Below, piece by piece: positions 40,620-54,165 of a DNA stretch of 64,000 nucleotides. Source of the stretch: Perna viridis (lineage: Eukaryota). How positions within the stretch are numbered: the first letter of the stretch is position 1; every line of letters begins with the position of its first letter. A program made the translations under genes and the position numbers. Location: contig CM074517.1 in NCBI GenBank assembly GCA_037379345.1, positions 20,336,001 to 20,400,000 on the forward strand, in the 5' to 3' direction. The notes under the pieces are model-generated. The model was not told where the DNA came from. It saw only the letters and a list, made by a program, of their open reading frames with translations, and did not search any database.

Positions 40620-41022
40620 TGACGGGGAGCAGGGCGCTCTGCCCACAGTTTTGGGCCTCGGATGCTTGAATGGGGTAACCATGGTATGTTATTCTGGGGT
40701 CATCAGGACATAATATGGAAAACCTGACTGCAAACAATAGTGGTGCACCTTGTTAGGAGAAATGTCACGTTCCTTGCACGTTAAGAACACTGCTGTGGTA
40801 TTCGACAGGAGAAGAAGCCTCGGCTTCGCTAAAGGAGGCTAATTTACCCGACTTTATCCATCTCTCCCTATTCCCAGTGGCAATCTGAACTCGTGGGCCC
40901 TATAATCCTTGCATCCAATCCGACGTTTCATTTCTTGATCATTTTATCATTCATTTAATATTTATCGCACGGGTATAGCTGAAGAATTTCTGCTTAGGTA
41001 AAAAACGCCTATCAATCAACTA
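40620..41022 (+). mobile_element. SINE-like repeat (family D)
   Basis: Homologous to 38795-39070 and, inverted, to 13570-13785. Confidence 0.6.
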
Positions 41023-41534
41023 ATTTTGATTTATCAAATCAAATGGTCAACTGTTGGTTTTACAAATTTGTGTGTCTGATATATTGTGTACACTTTTTAA
41101 ACCCTGTATTTCTAGAAACAAAATACTACTATGTTACGTTTATGAAAAAAACACACAACAGGCTACATCTATAAACAACGACTATTATAACAAAATGTTT
41201 CGAAAACACCGCAGGTGTCGAACCCTGAACAACTGGTGCAAGTTTGGACATACCATTCAAGCTTAAAACAGGTCTGATTTTAATTGTGATCAAATATTTG
41301 ACACAGAAAAAAGAATTTGACAGGAAAACAAGGGTCAGTTTTTTACCCATACTCCTCCAAATACACAACCCCCGAAATTAATCCATGTCTTCGCTTAGGG
41401 GTATAGCACATTTGATAAAATATCAAAAACATCTTGTCATTTTCACGCAAGTTCTTATATGTACTTCAGGAATTTGTCTGTTTCTGGCTCTTCTTTCCTT
41501 ATCAGTTCAAGTCCCAACACCAAAAATTAATCTC

Positions 41535-41975
41535 ATCGCCTTTATTTTGGGGGGTCATGGGTTTGATTCCCGACCAAATCGGACCAGAGACTTTAAATTG
41601 CTTGATACTACATGCAGTAATTACGGGAACATAATGAAGACTGATTGGCTCAGGTTCAGAGTAATATCCCTCAATGGAATGACATATAACGAAAATGGGT
41701 ATAGTGAACATGGCAAGAGACAACAACCCCATCGGGATGAAAAATGTCAGCTCCAGGCCAATCATGGGTCTTCCGTGAATGACGAGAAAACACTCACACC
41801 TCAGGGCAAGTTGCAGCTGGCCCCAAAACAATATTATACAAGGCACAGCGAAATAGTTGTAATTACAGACTCCATAAACATAAAAGACAACTGAAAGTTG
41901 AAGCAAAAAAAAAGACATACAGAGGCCAGAAATTCTAGATTTGGGACAGGCGCAAAATATGCGGCGGGGTTAAAG
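41535..41975 (+). mobile_element. tRNA-derived SINE head fragment fused to a family B repeat
   Basis: Degenerate B box ggtttgattcccg followed by accagagactttaaattg, similar to 20500-20545; 41690-41975 is similar to 20615-20845. Confidence 0.5.
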
Positions 41976-42249
41976 TACAATCCGCCACTTTATTAAATCC
42001 AAAACATTATTATAAATACCTTTTATCAATATTATTAGTATTTGATATGAATTTTTATTGAAAAAGTTTTTCGTAATTTAGTTTACTAATTATACATGTT
42101 TTGTCATCCCAAGATGTAACATTCCAAAATTAATAAGGTATAATGGTTCTGAGGTTATAAACCAGACAGACACAATAAAAGCACAAAAAAATCATGAAAG
42201 TCTGTTTCCAGTTTAAAAAGATAAATTTGGATCAGCATTTGTTTTTGGT

Positions 42250-45130
42250 TTTTTTATCAAAATAGTCTTTTTACCTGCAAACTAATTCATGAAGAAGCCG
42301 AATCTTTAAAATGTAATTTAACACATCATGAATTGCTTTAATCTCTACAAAATTTGAAAAGTGGAAATCCTCTTGGTATTGACGGACTTTTACCATTTTA
42401 TTCTGATCAGACTGAATGTTTTTTTTTTATAACCAGGGGTGGGGTTCTCGAAGCTATCCTAAGATTTGTCCTAAGCCAAGTCCTGAGACCAACTTTAGGA
42501 TGGAGTTAGGATCATCTTATAACAATGTTAGGTTGTGTCTCTCGAAGCTATCTCAGGCATGTCTCAAGTTAAGACGTCATTAAAATATCCTAAGTCTTTT
42601 TAGTGAAATGTTTAATGAATTATTTATATTACGTTTTTTTATTAAAAATATTAGATACAGGCAAATAGTTGATATTGTTATATCAAATAAACAAAAATGC
42701 ATATATGATAAGGTAAAAAGCGTTTGATTATCGAGGAGGAGGGGGCACTAAGTATTTAAAAAAAAACACGAATGAAGTTATTGATTTTCAATTGTTACAT
42801 GTAAGTATTAGAAATAGAAACAGCAGCAAAATTTGTTTGAATAAAGTATTACTGAGTCGTAAAACATTCAGGTTAAATTTAAAATCATACACATTCCTTA
42901 CAAATATGTTTCAACCAACGTAAATAATGAGCGGGAATAAGAGAACTCTAAACGTTACTGAGACAGAGTTGCATGTTTTATCGGACGAAGTAGAAAAACA
43001 TATCATAAAGATCATTCTAAACACCTATTTAGTCGTCCTAAAGTTGGGATGAAAATTGCGACTCGTCTTAACTTCGAGAAAGTTAAGTTCGAGAATACGA
43101 CTTAAGACAGAAACGAATCCTAAGATAGTCTTAGGACACGTCTTATCCCTAATATAGCATCGAGGAACCCACCCAGATCATTTAACCAAGCTTGCAATAG
43201 AGGTATCCTCTCTGTGTCTTAGAGGCAAGGTGTTATTACATGCCTTAATGAAGAAGGCAAATCTAAATTTTGTTTAAAAACTGCCGTCCAATATTACTTC
43301 TGCATGTTGACTAAAAGATTTGTGCTTCCGCAATTAAACAGGTTTTACCGAAATACATTTCTGATACTCAGATGTGGGTAATGAAAGGACTATATATTGG
43401 AAAATGTACATGATTAGTATGCGATATTACAAAAAAGTGTGACGAAAATGAAATTCTGGGTCTTTTAATGCCTTTAGACTTGAACAAGCATTTGATTCAT
43501 TAGTGCAGAATTTTATCAATAAGTCTTTAAATTTCCTGGGTTTCGGTCCATCTATTTTTCATTGGTTTCAAACTTTTTGTAAAATTTGTATATTTTGTAT
43601 ACTTGTATATTATTATACTTGTATAGTTGTATATTATGGACACCTTTCGGAGCGCTTTAGAATTAATAGGAGTTATATAGGGGTCCGTCATCTCTCCTAA
43701 TTTTTATTTTATCGGTGGAAATACTCAGCGCTGCTATCAAATTTGATCCAAATATAAGGGGGATGAGTTTAAATGATTCAGAATTCTTAATATGTCAATA
43801 TGCTGATGTCTCACCCATGATTCTTGATGATGATTAAAAAGAAGTCACTAGTATTGATAGAGCTATTCTCTACTTGTTCTTGTTTGAGAACGAACTTTGA
43901 TTAAACCCAGGCTGCATGCATTGGGGCTTAACGGATTTGTGGAAGAGAACTTCATTCAAAACAATGAGGTAAAATGAATTCACTCAGGATCATTTAAACT
44001 GCTTGAAATTCAATACTCCCTTGCAAAACCAGAGAAATATATCGAAAACTTTTATCAAAACCTGGAATAGATAAAAAGGCATCTAAATGACTGGTCGTTT
44101 AGAAATATATCCCTGATTGGGGAAGTTATATTTATTAAATCTTTTCCAATTCTAGTGCAATCTTTCACTGTTTTACTCGATCCTCTAGGCATAAAATAAA
44201 GCGAACATAATTGTTGGAACTTATGACCTGGGAGGTCAACAGGTGCCTCATATCCCATCAATATTGCTTGCTTCAAAAATTTCTTGGATCAAGAAAATGT
44301 TGGATCCTAATAATACTGCCCTTTGGAAGTTGTTGTTTGCTGATACATTAGACAACTTCGACCAAGATAAATTTTGGTATTACACTGGGGTATACAAAAA
44401 GTCCTTTCACATCAGCTTAATCCCTTTTGAAGCGACGTTATAAATATTTGGGCATCTGTCAATGAAGATCCGACCGCAGTTCCTAAATATATTTCAGCTC
44501 AACCATGTTGGCATAACGATGGGTGGTAAACTAATCCGAATCTCATGCTTGGCTGAACAAAATATCTTTTTTTATCAGTGAATTGGTTAAGGCGACTGTT
44601 CTTTCCTGGCAAGAGTTTAAAGTAAAATATGTTATAACCATTATTTTGTAGACTACAATAGCTTGATAAATGATATTAAACAAACGTGGAGGAAACATTT
44701 ACTGATTCAAATTAACAGACTTAACAATTTAGTCTACAAACATATATTACTTGTAAGTGTCAATCATAAAGCTGTAAGAAAATTTTACAAAGTTCTGTTG
44801 ACATAAAATTTTTGTATCTTCTTAACGATTACAGATTTAGATCTCAGAAATGAAAATTGGGATGTTCATTATCAGATTCCTTTCAAATCAATAATTAGCA
44901 CTAGACTTCTATCATTTCAGTTCAAAATAAATCTACGAATTGTGTACACAAACAGTTAACTATCGAAATGCAAACTTTAAAACGAAGCTGTGTAGCTATT
45001 GTTTTGAAACAAAGCTAACTATTCTTCATTTCTTTCTTGAAAGCCCATTAGTACGTTCTTTATGGCTGCAATTTGAAGAAGTTATGAGATCTAGGTATGG
45101 CATTTTGATAGATTTTACTCCATCAGCATG
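42250..45130 (+). mobile_element. Decayed non-LTR retrotransposon ORF2 (L1/Tx1-like RT)
   Basis: Remnant motifs GIDGL, RQGVITCL..GK, KNCRPI.LL.VD.KI, LD..QAFDS, ILSAAIK, ICQYAD, WSFRNISLIG.VIFIKS, C-terminal CSYC..TILHFFLES; many stops and frameshifts. Confidence 0.8.
42434..43176. mobile_element. MITE-like element with imperfect terminal inverted repeats, nested in the LINE
   Basis: Left end caggggtggggttctcgaagctat versus reverse complement of right end ctgggtgggttcctcgatgctat; sub-terminal cctaag/cttagg motifs; RT remnants on both sides. Confidence 0.7.
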
Positions 45131-48100
45131 ACTTTGTATTCTTCCTTCTTATGCCGACTGTGCAATTAACAACACTTGTCTCATAATTATTTTATATAAT
45201 TGTATATGCTTGCATGATAAACAAAAAAAAATCAAAACGGCACCAAAAAATCATATATTTCAGACTGACCAGTAAAGCACCAGTCGAAATGTCTCAAATT
45301 AGAAAATATTATATAAGTAAAACATTTGTCAAAAGATATATGATATCTTTTTACTTTTGTTTAAGTCTGTCAGCTGTTTTGGATCCTAATAAAATGTATT
45401 TGACAAAAAAAAGATGTAATATAGTCGTTTTATTTACTTAACCCATGTTTGGATAGACATTCACAGCAGTATATTAAACTAAAAATAAACGTACCAACTC
45501 TGGTAGCTAAGATTTGTTTACGATACCATAACAGATGAAATGTACTCAATTAATTAAGAATAAGAATAAAAAAATAATAAGCGAAAATCAAAGTAATAGT
45601 TATATATCATCATACTATATGTAAAACTAATTAATACTGTTATATATATTTATAGAATAAATATAACAGTACTAAATTGTTAAATATAAACTATGAAAAA
45701 ATATATATTATATATTCTGTAGTAGATTGTTTGGTGATTACTTTGGTTTACCCGTTTTTCTTTAAGAAGTTACGATGCTGATGATGATGATGATGATGTA
45801 AAAAATAATTTCATATAATTATATACTTATTATTACTATATAATTCAAATACTATGTTATTTAAATACCCGGTAAATGACTGTAACACATTTCTTTTGTG
45901 CTTTACATTTGCCTACCGTAGCAATGGCACGTTCGAAAGTTGATTAAAGGTATGGCCAGGGTATGCGGAAGTGTGTAAATTAAAAGCTGTTAGTATTGAA
46001 ACAGATAACCTCTGACAAATAAAGACATTGTCCTCAATTCAAATACTGATATCAGTCAAGGAGTGCTGTGTGTTCAACTTCATTCCTAAACCTTTTTTTG
46101 CTGAAAGGTTTTTTTGTGAGATTGAAAGGTAAATTAGTTTTAAGTATACGTAATCTAAGCTCTTAAAATCTTAGCGTTTAAAATTTCTTTTAATTATATT
46201 TAGTTCAATTGTTTAAGTATGAAGCAATTTACATTTTTCAAACAGATTGTTTCTGTAGAATTCGCTTTAATGAAAATATCTGCTTAAATGAAAACGAAAT
46301 ATATCAAAAGTTAAAATAGAATCTTGTTTGAAAACAAAACATTGTATTGCATAAATGTAGATGATCTTTTTAAAATTTGCAAAATAAAAAAGGCCTTTAA
46401 AACGTCTATCAAATAAAATGACCATTATAGTTTTCATTTTTGAATTTGATGATTTTAACTGCTGCAATCTTACGTGCCATTCGAGTGGTATTTTATTCTA
46501 AATTTTAATAATTCATATGATTTCATGCAATAATTTATAATCTTGATAATGAGTTTCGATGGCAAATCGTCCGTTTGGTTACTATTTGATTTCATGTAAC
46601 ACAGGTAACGCGATAACAAATACACGTCCAGATTTTTGATGTAGTCCGTTCTTGTCGTCTATTTGAGTATTTTTTATTATATTTACTGTCCTATTACTTG
46701 TCGTTGTCGACTCTTTGTGCTTTATCTTATTTATTTTATTTTGTTTTGCTAATAGATCCTCCTCTCTATAGTATCGTTTTTCATACACCAGTTCAACTTT
46801 TTTAAAAAAAAATAACATAGCCGAATTGATGTTATGTCTGGTAGTCTGAAGCAAAACCTTTGATGTTTCGATACATTTATACATCAAGGCGGAAATAGAA
46901 GTTATTAAAACATGTGCGTGACTGTTGTCGTGTCTTTTTTTTGTAACTAAAAAAGAAAAATAATTCGATCTTGCTTTTTCGAAATTGTGGGTTTACTATT
47001 GTTTAGAATTACTACATCATTGGCAATATTATTATATGGAAGTAGTCTGATTATATTAGATGGCCATGTCCAATAAATAATTGTAACTATGTCAACATTG
47101 ATAAATGAAAAACTAACGTTCGCCGATTTACCGTTTTATATATTTATGAGTTTTCTGCCGCGGATTTGGTTAAGTAATCAAGTGAAGAAAATATTGGATG
47201 TTATTTATTAACAAGAACCACATGCAAATGACGAAGGCAGCGAGATAACTTTATTGTGTTAATAGAGAGATATATTTTACTTAATTAAACAACCGACTGA
47301 TAAATATCACGTTTTTTCATTTTAAAAGCGAAGTGCAAAAATACAATGTTGAATTAAAAGCTTGTATTTCTCAAGATTTATACATGTTTCTCTCAAACAA
47401 ATCAAGACGCAAAATGCATTTTATTTATTTTAACCCTTATCAAGATAGACATTCACAGCGGTATCTTAAAAAGGATACAGACATATGACAGGTTCATGAA
47501 CTTTCCTGATATTTAGGCAGCACAAAATTTTATTTTGCTTAATTTGAATTATAATAAACGTCCTGTTCTTGAATGACTTAGGAAGCTTTTGGGCATTTTC
47601 TGTATAATCAAATATGTCTGTTCCCAAAGTGAACTACTTTTGGGGAAGTATATAGTTTTACTCTGGTTTTTATTCTTTTTTCTGACGCCTCCCCCCTTTA
47701 TGTCCACCTAACAAAAGCGAAATATTGCTTTTATATACGTTTATTATTATGTCATCAAAATTACGTTGCCTACTATAAAGTTTCTTTATTATGTATTATA
47801 ATTTGTTATTACTATGTATTTATATGATAGTTCAGTAGTTTCTAAAACGCAAGATGAATCAAATTGACATTTGATATACAATTACACAAAGGCTTCAATG
47901 AATAGAAAGAAAATTTTTACTTGGGTACTGTTAATCATGTCAATCAAAAAATCATTGTTGATTTTTTTTTTCTAATATCGTCATTTCAAGATTGCAATCA
48001 ACAAATGTCAAATCTTTAATACTGTCTGATCTTTAGGACAATCGCTTTCTAGGATGTTTGAACCGCTCTGATCGGCAATATGAATACATTGAATGACTTC

Positions 48101-49905
48101 CAGGACGTAGGAAACTTATTTTTGTACTAAGTTACGATTTTTTTTGTGTTTGACGGTGTCATTAAATACCTTATATTTCAGAGATGTTTTGATATCTTGT
48201 CAACAGATTTCATTTTATTTTCGGCAAGATGACAATTTCTGGAAAGTGTGGTGTGACATCAAAACACCATATGCAGTTTTGCCTTTATTCCAACACTGAT
48301 AAATAAAAAATAACTCTCAAAAAAGGATAAATCATTACATCGGCGTTCTTTTGACAAATGCGGTAGTTATAGATTTTAACAGATATCATTTTTCATCTCG
48401 CATCCTTAGGTCATTATATCAGTGGCTAACCCTTAGGCTCGAAGAATTTTAAGCGCAGACAGATAAAGGATACGGTAAAAAAATATGCCATGTCATTATC
48501 TTTTTATCATACACTTATATAAAAGCAAAAGTATTTAACAATGTCAAATCGTATCCACAAATTTCCTCTATACCGCGTTTAAATGATTTAAAAAAAAAAC
48601 TTGAAAGATTAAGTGGACGGTTCCATCTGGTGAATGGATCACATGGTATTATTTCCCCATCATGCTCATACCATAGTCTATATCTTCTTAATCTGTCGTT
48701 TATTCCAGTGTAACGTGGGGAAGCGACCACGCATATTATGAATTAGCATCTCAAGATGCCGTTATTATTTGTTATACTATGCCCATAGACCGCTATCCTC
48801 TTTTGTTTTCGTTTCCATGAAAAGTCTTGTTAGTATTTCGTTAAAATTTATGACATAGACAAAACGAAATTTATCATCTCATCGATTTCACAAAGAAAAG
48901 ATGTTATCAGTTGTTCATAAAATTATGTTATCTTCAGATACGTTTTGCTATCGCCTTCAATGTTTTTGTTTGTGTAAGGAATGTAAAATGCATACCGATT
49001 AAAAACGGTAATGGCAGACTAACCGATTACGGATAATGCGTCGTGTGATATAAACCGGAATATATCACATGCATGATATAATCCATAAGCAGCTGATATC
49101 AAAAGTTATAGTCAAAGCAAGGCGGTTGAGGCAAGTTTGTAGATGTTATTAACAATTATATTCCTATAAGTTAACACTATCAAGAGATGTAATTATAACA
49201 TGATATTAAAAATTAAGATATAATTACAACAATATATGCATGAAATTGTTTTAACAGTAGCGATTCTAAAATAAAAAAAAAAGTTTTGTATTCGCATTTA
49301 ATTAAGCTCTTTGTGTGGTGTAAAGAAAAAGCCTAAAAGCAGAGCCGAGCAGAGCCGCAGACCTATTATGTGCAAAAAAACAGAAGTTTTGAAATTAAAT
49401 ACGCACGAAAAATGTTTGTGAACAGATAGTTACTTGTCACTTATAATAGATTTCTACCAATTGATTTTCGCACAAAGTAAATGTAAATTAAATCAGACTT
49501 TCAAAATCATTTATTGTAGTGCTTCCTATTAACCGGGAACGATATGTACTTGACATAAACAGAGAAATATCTTTATTCTGTTTAAATGAACAAAGAGACA
49601 TATTTTACTGGATGAAACCACAAACTGATAAATCTTCGGAATGGGGATTAAACCAAAGCTGGTTTTTCTTGGGATGTATACATGTCTGTTATCATAAAAA
49701 TCAAGATATGAATGCATTTTATTTATTTAAACCCCAGTTTAGACAGACATTCACTGCGTTATCTTAAAAAAAAGAAAAGACGTAAATCGGGTAAGGACAC
49801 TTTCCTTGTATCCTGGTAGCACAAAGGATAGTTTTGCTTTATATCAAATTCGGTCCTCAAAATATACTTAGTCAAATTGGCATGAATTTTGCATGATATT
49901 TCGTA

Positions 49906-50272
49906 AGAGAGTAATCAAGGGAATCAAGATTTTTGCGGAAATCAAAACGTGCAATCCAGGAAAAAGACCAGACCTTTAAAACCAGACACACATAACAAAG
50001 AACATAAAATAACCAAAAATAATACATTAAAATGTATAAACCAAACAAGTAAATGAGCAACTCGGAATCCACTAAAATAAAAATTGGGGGCATGGACCAG
50101 GTGCATTGGATTGGGGAGCGTATCCTGCCTTTCTAAAAGCACTCGCTGAGCTGCTCATAAAAAGTCCAGTCCGGGGATAGACGAAAGGGGAAAAGAAATT
50201 ATGACACGTCGAACAAATCGGTTCTCGTGGTGCATATGGATATACCGTGGTGATCTAGGAGTTCATGATAAC
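49906..50272 (-). mobile_element. Family A 3' fragment
   Basis: Reverse complement of the family A UTR (agagtaatcaaggg...gagcaactcgg...gagttcatgat). Confidence 0.8.
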
Positions 50273-51448
50273 GTCTTCATTTTTCGTAGTTTTAACTATT
50301 GTAGACACCATGTACTCAAATTTCGTAGTATGCTTTTTGAAAAACTCGGTCAGTTCTTTTTTTTGAATCCTCATTCTTACATGTATGAATTCTAGTACAC
50401 AAAATTCACTGAAGGATTTCCCAGAAAAAAAAACAGAGCAGAAGGAAGTTGCGCCTATGGTTTCAATTTTTTTGAATTTTTTTTTAAAAGGCTTGAATAG
50501 TGTCTTATTCAACTTAAAATCGATATTTAAGATAGTGAAAAGAGCAAAGGAGCCGAGTTTACCAACGTGAACGTGGTAAAAAAATGTATTCCATTACTTG
50601 TTGTTTTCATCGTATTTGGAGACTCATTCTTTTTGATCATCCATTCATCGAAATGATTGAAACGATCTGTAGTATTTTTGTAATTATATGGATGTTAAAA
50701 TCTACTTACAGGTGTAGAATCTACTTCCGATCTCGGCCGCGTTTTTACAAAATTTGCGCCAATAAAAGGTACCAGGACTAAACTTGATAGGAATTTTATT
50801 AAAGCGTTTATCAATGGGTGAAATTGAATGGTGATAAGTATTTTGATATAATTGTATTTTTTGCGTTAAGTGCCAATTTTATAAATGAGCGGCCAAAACA
50901 GGTTAAATTGCAACCTTGTCAAATGTGCAAAAGCATTTTTATCAAAGTCCGTATTAAACGACAGTGAGGCACTTGAATGTCTTTCCTCATTACTGAGAAA
51001 TATAATATAGGACAACGTTTTGAGCAACATTGCATTTGTTTTAAAGTGCATTACATCAACTGCCTTATTAAGGAATTGGGCAGGTAGTGTTATTCAAACG
51101 TACTACTTTTGACAAAGTTGAAATCCTGAACCGCATTAGGTGCTTCATGTCTACTCGCAACATCAAAACAAAACGTGAGGACTTACCTTACGTGTATTGG
51201 ATGCCAAGCAAAGACAGATATTTAGCATGATCTTCATCTTGCTCCTCGAAGGAGATATTAGGCTAAAAACCACTAATTACACTTTCCATAGGCTTCTATG
51301 CTAATTTCACAATATTCAATGGCTTCTCTGGACTTTACCTTAACTTTAACCTGCAGAGGACTATATATCAGCATGATTCTACATATGTCAGCTCACAATC
51401 CTCAGAATGTCATGTGGGGTTAGCAGACTTGCAGTGCAGTACTGGTCA

Positions 51449-51486
51449 CCGGAAGTGAAGGGTCTATAAATAGCATGGGAAATCCC
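51449..51486 (+). promoter_or_regulatory. Clustered ETS (CCGGAAGTG), TATA (TATAAATA) and kappaB (GGGAAATCCC) motifs
   Basis: Three consensus motifs within 38 bp, 1.75 kb upstream of the locus 3 micro-exons. Confidence 0.3.
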
Positions 51487-51849
51487 AGTGTTTTCACAAG
51501 ATAGGGGTATATTTAAAAATCATTATGGAGATTAGGCTTCACATCACAAAAAGCAAAATGCACCTATAAAATGTACAGAAATTTTTTTCCTTTCAGAAAC
51601 TGTTTAAATTTTTTAAATAAGATGAGACCTTTTTTCACAGCACTATGAGGAACAGGGATAATTTCTGCGTAGGACTATTTTTGCGTACGTTCCAAATGCT
51701 CATTGGTTGAATTGGTGGTCTGTAACCTATTAGCAAGCTAGCTGCAATGCCACCAACCCTCGTAGTGGCATTAATCATATGTGGATACTAAAATGTTCTA
51801 AAGATTTACTTCAATACCTAAAATCACGCAGCTTTTCGGAAATGTGTTC

Positions 51850-52520
51850 TCTCAAAATATTTTACTTCCCAACTCTTTACACTACGTTATCACATGATAA
51901 ATTGAACTCTTTTTTGATTGAAATCTCGTTTGAAAGGACTCATTCGTGAATCTTTTGTTATTTCGAAAAAATATATTGTTCTTGGTTACAAATCCACAAA
52001 TTTATATTCAAACGAGACTAAATGTCCTAAGCATCCGGTAAAGAATAGAAATATAAAAGATACTAAATCATTTTACATTACATACAGATATACATTTTTT
52101 TGTATTGATGATTTATTGTCTATCAATAACCGTGCTTTTGGTAAGTGGTTACCGTCAATATATCAACCAGGGCTCGAAATATAGGAGACTACAGAAACAG
52201 CTTGTCCTGCATCTTTTTGTATCTACATCTCAAATTTGACAATAGCACTGGTTTATAACAAAAGGGACAACTGTAATTTTAATATTATACATTTTGTTTA
52301 CCTATGCAGCGATATCCCTTCAACTCCTGCATGTGGTGTATATATTTCACAACTATTTCCGTACGCTAGAGCAAAATACCAACCACTCCAATTCCCTTGA
52401 ACGCCATAAATACCTGCGTAACAGACTCCATAATCAGGGATATGAGAAAATCTGTCTCAAAAGGTTTCTTACCTAATCTTTTTTTTATATATTAGTCCTT
52501 GGTTCAAAAATACTCAGTTC
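51850..52520 (+). mobile_element. Decayed Naiad-type Penelope-like RT fragment
   Basis: FPTLYTTLSHDKL, YRY..IDDLLSINN, IYQPGLEI*ETTET, YNKRD, PSTPACGVYISQLFPYARA, RLHNQGYEK. Confidence 0.8.
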
Positions 52521-53230
52521 TTCAAAAATAATGAGTAATGACTGTTTTTTTGTTTTTGATATGCATGTACCAAGTCAGAACCCTTGCGGTACCAGCTGCT
52601 CCTTTGGTGTAATATCTATTCGGCCAGATTAATTTTTGACTTGACTTGTTCATTAATTGGATTTGTTGTTACCTTACTTTAAAACATTTTGATAACAGCA
52701 ATCTATTTTTTGGTAGTTAAGATTTTGTTTACTTTGGACGAATATAATGATATATATTTGCAATAACATTTTACCTACTTTAGTTAGCAAACATTTTAGA
52801 TTCCTTTGGAGTTTTGCGTCCAATGCAAAATTTCAACAAGAAAAAAATAAAAAATCAAGTTCTATTGAAATACTAACAAAATTAGCTGTAGCTATTATTG
52901 AATATGCTGTTCGGTAGATACAAATGTACATGTACAAATGATATGAACTATAATAAAGTATACACTTTTATGAGGTTATATCAAGAAAATAAGTTTGATA
53001 TAGAACCAACAACATATATTAATTTACATATTGATATATATATGGTTTGAAATGGTCTCAAAACGTATTTGTGCAATAACAGTTATAAATTAGTTAGGTC
53101 TACGACTGATGATGTATTAGATAATTCAACATTAATTCAAAGACCGAATGTTTTATGGTAGTAACGTGCTTTATGTATAACTAGTATTGTTTCTAGTACT
53201 TAAAATCATTAGCGTTTATGACTTTTGTAG

Positions 53231-53353
53231 GGAGGATATACTTCAAATGAATGTTCTCAGTATTAGTGGAGAATACAAATATGCTCTATTCATATTTTGC
53301 CTTTATACTATTTTGCATTTCGCAAGATTTTATGAATAGTCGACATGCACTTG
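53231..53353 (+). CDS. Two micro-exons of locus 3 (53231-53259, 53327-53353)
   Basis: Same lengths (29 and 27 nt), phases and flanking intron sequence as locus 1; translation EDILQMNVL|NFMNSRHALG. Confidence 0.7.
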
Positions 53354-54165
53354 GTAAGTACAACTTTTCCCTTAGACTAGACCATGATTTGAATACATTC
53401 AAACCAAACAATTAATGAAAAATAAACAAAACAATAATAAATATAAAAAAAAATACATCGTCTAGATTTTGAAAAACAAATGATCATAACCAACTCAATT
53501 TTCACCAATCTATAATCAATCTCAAAATTGATATCACTTTCGACATCCGAGATATCATGAATCATGAGACTAAATTTCCATATGCTGAAGCAGCCGTAAT
53601 ATTTCTAGATATGGACACTGATAATTTTGAAAAAAACCAAAGTTGTCGCGATTGTCATAGAGTTTAATTAAAACATTTAGTAAGGCACTCGTTCTGGCTA
53701 TAACTGAACGATACAGACGAAGTACATCTTTTGATACGATATATTAAACGTCTTTCTTTTCCATGGAAAATTTTGTTATGTCTAGAAGCTAATTAAACAG
53801 ACAAAAATATGCTGATCCGATTATAAGCGTTGTTTATAACTGGAAAGAAACTTCAGCTTTGCAACATAGCAACATCACACTATAAGACTTATTAAACACC
53901 TTCGTCTATTTTGCAATTAGACGTCTGTCGTTGGTGTCCGAAGTAATAGAATACTGTAATAAGTGATAATATAAAAAAAATTTGCGATACATTGTGACAG
54001 TTGCTACGTTTAAATACATGTTATAAAAATTACTTTTCTATATTTGATTAAATTAAACATGTCCATACTCTAATATTTATTACTGCTTCTATGACTTTTT
54101 ACCGTTCCCTTTCATTTTAGATAGCATTATCAATGAAATAAGTAACTGACAAACTTACATTTCAG

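Noticed and set aside
41385-41918. 169-aa and 138-aa overlapping ORFs
   Set aside because: They span a SINE head fused to a family B repeat and show no recognisable protein features
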